Positions 58,224 to 64,000 of a stretch of DNA of 64,000 nucleotides are shown here, piece after piece. The stretch's first letter is position 1, and the number at the start of each line of letters is the position of its first letter. Position numbers and translations under genes: made by a program. Origin of the DNA: an uncultured Candidatus Rokubacteria bacterium (GTDB taxonomy: Bacteria > Methylomirabilota > Methylomirabilia > Rokubacteriales > CSP1-6); the NCBI GenBank assembly GCA_963762145.1, contig CAVXJS010000019.1, positions 256,001-320,000 on the forward strand. Direction: 5' to 3'. A model generated the notes under the pieces. The model was given only the letters and a program-made list of their open reading frames with translations. It was not told the DNA's origin and did no database searches.

Positions 58224-58823
58224 ATGAAACCACACTGGCGAGTGCTCATCATCGACGATCACGCTCCGTCCCGAGCCGCGGTGGCGGAAGCGGTCACGGC
58301 TCAGGGCGGGCAGGTGGTAGGGAACGGTAGTCGGGCCGAGGACGTCCTGCGCCTCGTGGACAAGCATCGACCCGACGTCACGGTGCTCGCGGTCGGGCTT
58401 CCCGACGGCGACGGAGTTCAGGCCGCGCGCGAGGTCATGACGGTGTCGCCGTGTCCGGTGGTGCTGGTGACGAGCCACACCGATGCCCCGGTGGTCGCGC
58501 GGGCGGTGGACGCGGGGGTGCTCGGCTTCCTGGCCAAGCCGGTCCGCGCCGAGGAGCTCGGGCCCACGCTCGACGTGGCGGTGCATCGCTTCCGCGAGAT
58601 CGAGGCCATGCGGAAGGAGAACGAGCAGCTCAAGCGCAAGCTCGAGTCGCGCAAGCTGGTGGAGCGCGCCAAGGGCATCCTCATGACCCGGCTCGGCCTC
58701 AGCGAGCCGGAGGCGTTCCGGCGGATCCAGAAGACCGCCATGGATACGCGCAAGCCGATGGCGGAGGTGGCTCAGGCGCTCCTCCTCACCGAGGAAATGG
58801 GCCACGCCCGGGCGAAGCTGTAG
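58224..58823 (+). CDS. Pseudo-receiver plus ANTAR RNA-binding regulator (AmiR/NasT-like)
   Basis: ANTAR motif RKLVERAKGILM...SEPEAFRRIQKTAMDTRKPMAEVA; receiver reads VLAVGLP, with Ala at the phospho-Asp position. Confidence 0.9.
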   Translation: MKPHWRVLIIDDHAPSRAAVAEAVTAQGGQVVGNGSRAEDVLRLVDKHRPDVTVLAVGLPDGDGVQAAREVMTVSPCPVVLVTSHTDAPVVARAVDAGVLGFLAKPVRAEELGPTLDVAVHRFREIEAMRKENEQLKRKLESRKLVERAKGILMTRLGLSEPEAFRRIQKTAMDTRKPMAEVAQALLLTEEMGHARAKL

Positions 58824-58830
58824 ACACATC

Positions 58831-58954
58831 TGCCGAAAACACGGGCACACCAAGAGGACTGCCTACCGAGTGGGCAGTCCTTTTGAGTTACGGAGGCCGC
58901 GCTTCGGCGCAACCCGTGGATATATCTCGGTATCGGTGGGGGCACGCGGATTGC
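58831..58954 (+). promoter_or_regulatory. Sigma54 promoter of the urt operon with tandem NtrC-like sites
   Basis: TGCCGAAAACACGGGCA (58831-58847), TGCCTACCGAGTGGGCA (58860-58876), GGGCACG-CGGA-TTGC (58940-58954). Confidence 0.72.
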
Positions 58955-58977
58955 TCAATGACCGGACGGCGCACCGA

Positions 58978-59076
58978 GACAGTGGGGTCGGAGAGCACGC
59001 GCCGGGAGAGTCCTAACTGACTGTGACCCAATGACGGGTCCGACCATTTCACCGATCGGAGCGAAAGGAGACCCGT
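58978..59076 (+). ncRNA. Candidate ANTAR-target dual-hairpin leader of urtA
   Basis: GAC-AGTGGG-GTC and GACCC-AATGAC-GGGTC, both hexaloops with A1 and G4. Confidence 0.6.
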
Positions 59077-60378
59077 ATGGCGACAGTTTCTCGGAGGGAC
59101 TTTCTCAAGACCGCCGGCGCGCTGGGAGCCGGCGCGGCGGCGGGCATCGGCTTCCCGGCCGTCCTGCGCGCGCAGGGCGGAGGGACGGTCAAGGTCGGCG
59201 TGCTGCACTCGCTGTCCGGCACCATGGCCATCAGCGAGGTATCGCTCCGGGACGTCTGCATAATGGCGTTCGAGGAGATCAACGCCAAGGGCGGGGTCAT
59301 GGGCAAGAAGATCGAGCCGGTGATCGTGGACCCCGCCTCGAACTGGGATCTGTTCGCGGAGAAGGCCAAGCAGCTCCTCCTCCAGGACAAGGTCGCGGTG
59401 ACCTTCGGCTGCTGGACCTCGGTCAGCCGCAAGTCGGTTCTGCCCGTGTTCGAGAACAACAACGGCCTGCTCTTCTATCCCGTCCAGTACGAGGGCGAGG
59501 AGTGCTCGAAGAACGTCTTCTACACCGGCGCCACCCCGAACCAGCAGCTCATCCCGGCTGCGGAGTACCTGATGTCGAAGGAGGGCGGCGGCTACAAGAA
59601 GTTCTACCTGCTGGGCACCGACTACGTCTTCCCGCGGACGGCCAACAAGATCCTGCGCGCGTTCCTGCTCGCCAAGGGGGTCCCGGAGGACTCCATCGCG
59701 GAGGAGTACACGCCCGTTCAACCATCAGGACTACCAGACCATCGTCGGCAAGATCAAGCGCTTCTCCACCGGCGGCAGCTCGGCGGTGCTCTCCACCATC
59801 AACGGCGACTCGAACGTGCCCTTCTACAAGGAGTTCGCCAACCAGGGGCTGCGCTCCGAGCAGTGCCCGATCATGGCGTTCAGCGTGGCGGAGGACGAGC
59901 TGCGCGGCATGGACACCTCCGCGCTGGTCGGCCACCTCGCGGCCTGGAACTACTACCAGTCGGTGGACACGCCGCAGAACAAGAAGTTCGTGTCCAGGCC
60001 TTCAAGGCCTACGCGAAGAAGGCCAACCTGCCCGGCGGCGACAAGCGCGTCACCGACGATCCGATGGAGGCGGCCTACTTCGGCGTCTACATCTGGAAGC
60101 AGGCGGCCGAGAAGGCCAAGTCGTTCGAGGTGGACGCGGTCCGGAAGGCGGTCTACGGCCAGGAGTTCCTGGCTCCGGGCGGCAAGATCAAGATGGACGA
60201 GGCCAACCAGCACACCTACAAGCCGGTGCTGATCGGCGAGATCCTGAAGGACGGCCAGTTCAAGGTCGTCTCGCGCTCCAAGGGCCTGGTGAAGGCCGAC
60301 CCGTGGAGCCAGTACACGAGCCCCGACAAGGGCTGTGACTGGATCAAGCACCAGGGCACGTACCAGAAGAAGGCGTAA
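59077..60378 (+). CDS. urtA: Urea ABC transporter substrate-binding protein, Tat-exported; compensating indels near 59715 and 59993
   Basis: SRRDFLK; VGVLHSLSGTMAISE, FGCWTSVSRKSVLP, FYPVQYEG, STINGDSNVPFY. Confidence 0.93.
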   Translation: MATVSRRDFLKTAGALGAGAAAGIGFPAVLRAQGGGTVKVGVLHSLSGTMAISEVSLRDVCIMAFEEINAKGGVMGKKIEPVIVDPASNWDLFAEKAKQLLLQDKVAVTFGCWTSVSRKSVLPVFENNNGLLFYPVQYEGEECSKNVFYTGATPNQQLIPAAEYLMSKEGGGYKKFYLLGTDYVFPRTANKILRAFLLAKGVPEDSIAEEYTPVQPSGLPDHRRQDQALLHRRQLGGALHHQRRLERALLQGVRQPGAALRAVPDHGVQRGGGRAARHGHLRAGRPPRGLELLPVGGHAAEQEVRVQAFKAYAKKANLPGGDKRVTDDPMEAAYFGVYIWKQAAEKAKSFEVDAVRKAVYGQEFLAPGGKIKMDEANQHTYKPVLIGEILKDGQFKVVSRSKGLVKADPWSQYTSPDKGCDWIKHQGTYQKKA

Positions 60379-60387
60379 GCCACGCTC

Positions 60388-62080
60388 GTGTGGAGATCGC
60401 TGCTCCTCGCGCTCGCGCTGCTGCCGGGGCTCGCCGCCCCGGCAGTGGCGCAGAGCGCGGGGCCCTCTCCCGAGATCGCCAGACACATCGCGGACGTGGC
60501 CTCGGCCGACTCGGCGGTCCAGGAGGCCGCCGCCGTCGCGCTGGGCAAGACGGGTGACCGCAAGATCCTGCCGCTGCTGGAGGCGCTGCGTGAGGGCAGC
60601 GTCTACGTGCGCTCCCTGCCCGGGGGCAAGAAGGAAACCGTCATCGTCGGCGACAAGGTCAGCGAGGGCGACAAGACCCTGGTCCCCCTCTTCGCCGCCT
60701 ACGGCCGCGAGCCGATCGCCGGCGCCGACGGCAAGCCCCTGCTGGCCGACCTGTCCACCCTCGGGGAGGTCGTCGACCGGGCGCAGCCTGCGCATCGCGA
60801 TCCGCCCGCTGATCGACGCGTTCTCGGGCCAGAACGACCTCGCCAACCCGGATCCGGCCGCCCGCCGCGCCGCCGCCACCAAGATGGCCTACACCGGCGA
60901 CGCGGCGACGCTGCAAGCTGCTCGAGGACGCCCTGCCCAAGGAGACCGATCGCTGGGTGCGCTTCGCGCTCGAGGAGGGCGCGGCCCTGATTCGGCCTGC
61001 GCACTCGGGGACCCGGCCGAGCGGGTGATCGCGGCCGAGACCCTCGGCGCGGCTGCGCAGCGCCAACGCGATCGGAGCCGCTCTACCAGATCGCGGGGGA
61101 TCCCCAGGCGCCCGCCCCGCTCGCGGCCGCGGCGCAGGTCGCGGTGAAGCGCATCGAGCGCTGGGGACTCTTCACCCAGGCCATCGAGATCGCCTTCCAG
61201 GGCCTGTCGCTCTCCTCGATCCTGCTGCTGATGGCCCTGGGCCTCGCGATCGTGTTCGGGCTCATGGGCGTCATCAACATGGCCCACGGCGAGCTGATGG
61301 CGCTCGGCGCCTACGCCACGTTCCTGATGCAGGGCTGGTTCGCGACGTACTTCCCGGGGGGCTTCGACTACTACTTCCTGGTCGCGCTGCCGTTCTCGTT
61401 CCTGGTGTCGGCAAGCGCGCGGGCTTCCTGCTCGAGCGCGGGGTGATCCGGTTTCTCTACGGACGGCCGCTCGAGACGCTGCTGCTGACCTGGGGCGTGA
61501 GCCTCATGATCCAGCAGGGCCTCCGCCTCTGGTTCGGCGCGGCCAACGTGGACGTGAGCTCGCCCCGCTGGCTGTCGGGCGGGATCCCGGTCATGATCGG
61601 CGTGCAGCTCCCCTACAACCGGCTCTTCATCATCGGCGCTCGCCGCGATCTGCGTCGGGGCGATGTACCTCCTGCTCTTCCGCACCGACGCGGGCCTGCG
61701 CATCCGCGCGGTGACCCAGAACCGCGGGATGGCCGCCTGCCTGGGCGTCCGGGCGCGGTGGGTGGATGCGGGCACATTCGCGCTCGGGCGCCGGGCTGGC
61801 CGGGCTGGCCGGCTGCGCCATCACCCAGATCGGCAACGTGGGCCCGGAGCTCGGCCAGAACTACATCGTGGACTCGTTCATGGTCGTGGTCACCGGCGGC
61901 GTCGGCAAGCTGGCCGGGAGCATCCTCGCCGCGATCGGCATCGGCGGGCTCAACAAGGTGATCGAACCAGGAATGGGCGCGGTGTTCGGGAAGGTGCTGA
62001 TCCTGGTCCTCGTGATCCTGTTCATCCAGCGGCGGCCGTCGGGGCTCTTCGCGACCAAGGGACGCTATGCGGAGTCTTGA
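60388..62080 (+). CDS. urtB: Urea ABC transporter permease with HEAT-like periplasmic N-terminus, several indels
   Basis: [52 protein letters not shown]. Confidence 0.88.
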
Positions 62081-63239
62081 GCGCTGGGGCCTCGTCGCGG
62101 GCGCGCTCGCGCTGGTGGTCGTGCTCCCGGTGCTCAACGCGCTGCCGCGCGGGGTCCCCGCTGCGCGTGTCCGACTTCACCCTGAATCTCTTCGGCAAGT
62201 TCCTGGCCTACGCGATCCTCGCGCTCGGTATCGATCTGATCTGGGGCTATACCGGAGTGCTCTCGCTGGGGCACGGCGTCTTCTTCGGGCTCGGAGCGTA
62301 CGCGATGGGTATGCACCTGATGCTGGAGATCGGGACCCGGAGCGTCTACGGCAACGTGCTGCCGGACTTCATGGTGTGGAACCAGGTGACCGAGCTGCCG
62401 CTGTTCTGGAAGCCGTTCTACAGCGGCGCGTTCACCCTCATCGCGGTGCTGGTGGTGCCCGCGCTCTTCGCCTACGTGTTCGGGTACCTCACCTTTCGCA
62501 GCCGCATCCGGGGCGTCTACTTCTCGATCATCACGCAGGCGCTCGCCCTCTCCACGTGGCTGCTCTTCAACCGCAACGCGATGAACCTGGGCGGCACCAA
62601 CGGCCTGAGCGGCTTCAAGAGCGTCTTCGGCTTCACGCTGAACAGCGCGGCCACCCAGCGCGGGCTCTACGTCGTCACCGCGGTGTGCCTCTGCGCCGCC
62701 TTCCTCCTGTGCCGGTGGATCACCCGCTCGCCGGCGGGGCGCGTGCTGATCGCCATCCGCGACAGCGAGAACCGCGTGCTCTTCTCCGGCTACTCGCCGG
62801 CCGCCTTCAAGGTCTTCGTGTTCGTGGTCTCGGCGGTGCTCGCCGGGGTGGCGGGCGCGCTCTACGTCCCGCAGGTCGGCATCATCACGCCGGCCAAGAT
62901 CGGCGTGCTGCCCGTCGATCGAGATGATCATCTGGGTGGCGGTGGGCGGGCGCGGAACGCTGCTCGGGGCCGGTGGTGGGCGCGCTCGGGGTGAACTGGC
63001 TGCAGAGCGTGCTGACGACGCACTATCCGGATCTCTGGCTGCTCGTGCTGGGGGGCCTGTTCGTGGCGGTGGTGCTGTTCTTCCCCGACGGCGTGGTCGG
63101 CACCGCGCAGAAGCTGATCGCCCGGATGTGCCCACCGACCAGGCAAGAAGCGGGCGTTCGGCCGAGCGGACGTCCCGATGAGGGCCAGAGGCCCGAAGAG
63201 GCCAAAGCGCAGGGCGAAGTACAGGTGCGAGCGCGCTGA
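62067..63239 (+). CDS. urtC: Urea ABC transporter permease, several indels
   Basis: [55 protein letters not shown]. Confidence 0.88.
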
Positions 63240-63242
63240 AAA

Positions 63243-64000
63243 ATGGCGTTCACCGCCGCGGCGCCCGAAGGCTCGATCATCTACCTCGAGAACGTCACCG
63301 TGGACTTCGACGGGTTCAAGGCGCTTCCACGACCTGAACTTCTTCATGGACTACCACGAGCTGCGGGTGGTGATCGGGCCCAACGGGGCGGGCAAGACGA
63401 CCCTCCTGGACGTGGTCTCGGGCAAGGTGCAGCCGGCGGCGGGCCGCGTGATCTTCGGCAAGCACACCGAGCTGGTCGGCCTCCGGGAGAACGAGATCGC
63501 CAGCCTCGGGATCGGACGGAAGTTCCAGACTCCGTCGATCTTCGCCAACCTGAGCGTGCGCGAGAACCTCGAGCTGTCGCTGGCCCGGCCGAGCAAGGGG
63601 GTGCTGGCCACCCTCAGGGCCCGCCTCGACGGGGATCAGCGTGGCCGGGTCGAGGAGACGCTCGTGACCATCGGCCTGGGCGGCCGTGGCGCGGAGCGGG
63701 CCGGCGGGCTCTCGCACGGCGAGAAGCAGTGGCTCGAGATCGGCATGGTCATCGTGCAGCAGGCCGCGCTCCTGCTCGTGGACGAGCCGGTGGCGGGGAT
63801 GACCGACGAGGAGACCGCACGCACCGCCGAGCTCTTGCTCTCGATCGCGCGGGATCGGGCCGTGCTCGTGATCGAGCACGACATGGAGTTCGTCCGGAGC
63901 CTGGCCCGGAAGGTGACCGTCCTGCACGAGGGCCGCGTGCTCTGCGAGGGCTCGGTGGACCAGGTGCAGCAGGACGAGCGGGTGCGCGAGGTGTACCTCG
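63243..64000 (+). CDS. urtD: Urea ABC transporter ATP-binding protein; partial, indel near 63325
   Basis: VDFDGFKA, IGPNGAGKTT, GRKFQTP, LSHGEKQWLEIGM, DEPVAGMTD, IEHDM. Confidence 0.9.
   Translation, partial: MAFTAAAPEGSIIYLENVTVDFDGFKALPRPELLHGLPRAAGGDRAQRGGQDDPPGRGLGQGAAGGGPRDLRQAHRAGRPPGERDRQPRDRTEVPDSVDLRQPERAREPRAVAGPAEQGGAGHPQGPPRRGSAWPGRGDARDHRPGRPWRGAGRRALARREAVARDRHGHRAAGRAPARGRAGGGDDRRGDRTHRRALALDRAGSGRARDRARHGVRPEPGPEGDRPARGPRALRGLGGPGAAGRAGARGVP

Noticed and set aside
59700-60000. Programmed frameshifting in urtA or other split genes
   Set aside because: No consistent slippery motif; indels are scattered over unrelated genes, so assembly error is more likely

Overview
A very GC-rich chromosomal window from a diderm bacterium. 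Gene content resembles Candidatus Rokubacteria/Methylomirabilota; this is an inference, not verified. I saw no prophage, transposase, integrase or CRISPR array. In order it holds: a sigma54-driven bactofilin-M23 peptidase-MscS unit; a REC-adenylate cyclase with a five-GAF hybrid kinase; an OsmC-family gene split by an in-frame TGA at the catalytic Cys and followed by a SECIS-like hairpin (probable selenoprotein); rpiA and pgl; a TPR/beta-barrel outer-membrane protein facing two paralogous secreted FecR-domain proteins; a TatA/B fused to an Ada-like Zn finger; lexA with a candidate new SOS box; a KaiC-like ATPase-AlkZ-like-amidohydrolase-CCA operon; tRNA-Gly(CCC); acyl-CoA genes; c-di-GMP genes; tusA with an IscS lacking its PLP lysine; an F420 cluster (cofG/H/D/C/E, fno, two F420 enzymes, an Ldh_2 dehydrogenase); and a nitrogen island (glnB-amtB-glnA, porin, pseudo-receiver ANTAR regulator, urtABCD) with readable sigma54 promoters, activator sites and ANTAR hairpins. 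Many genes at 37-54 kb and 59-64 kb carry small indels that look like unpolished long-read errors. All family calls come from motif recognition by eye, without database searches.
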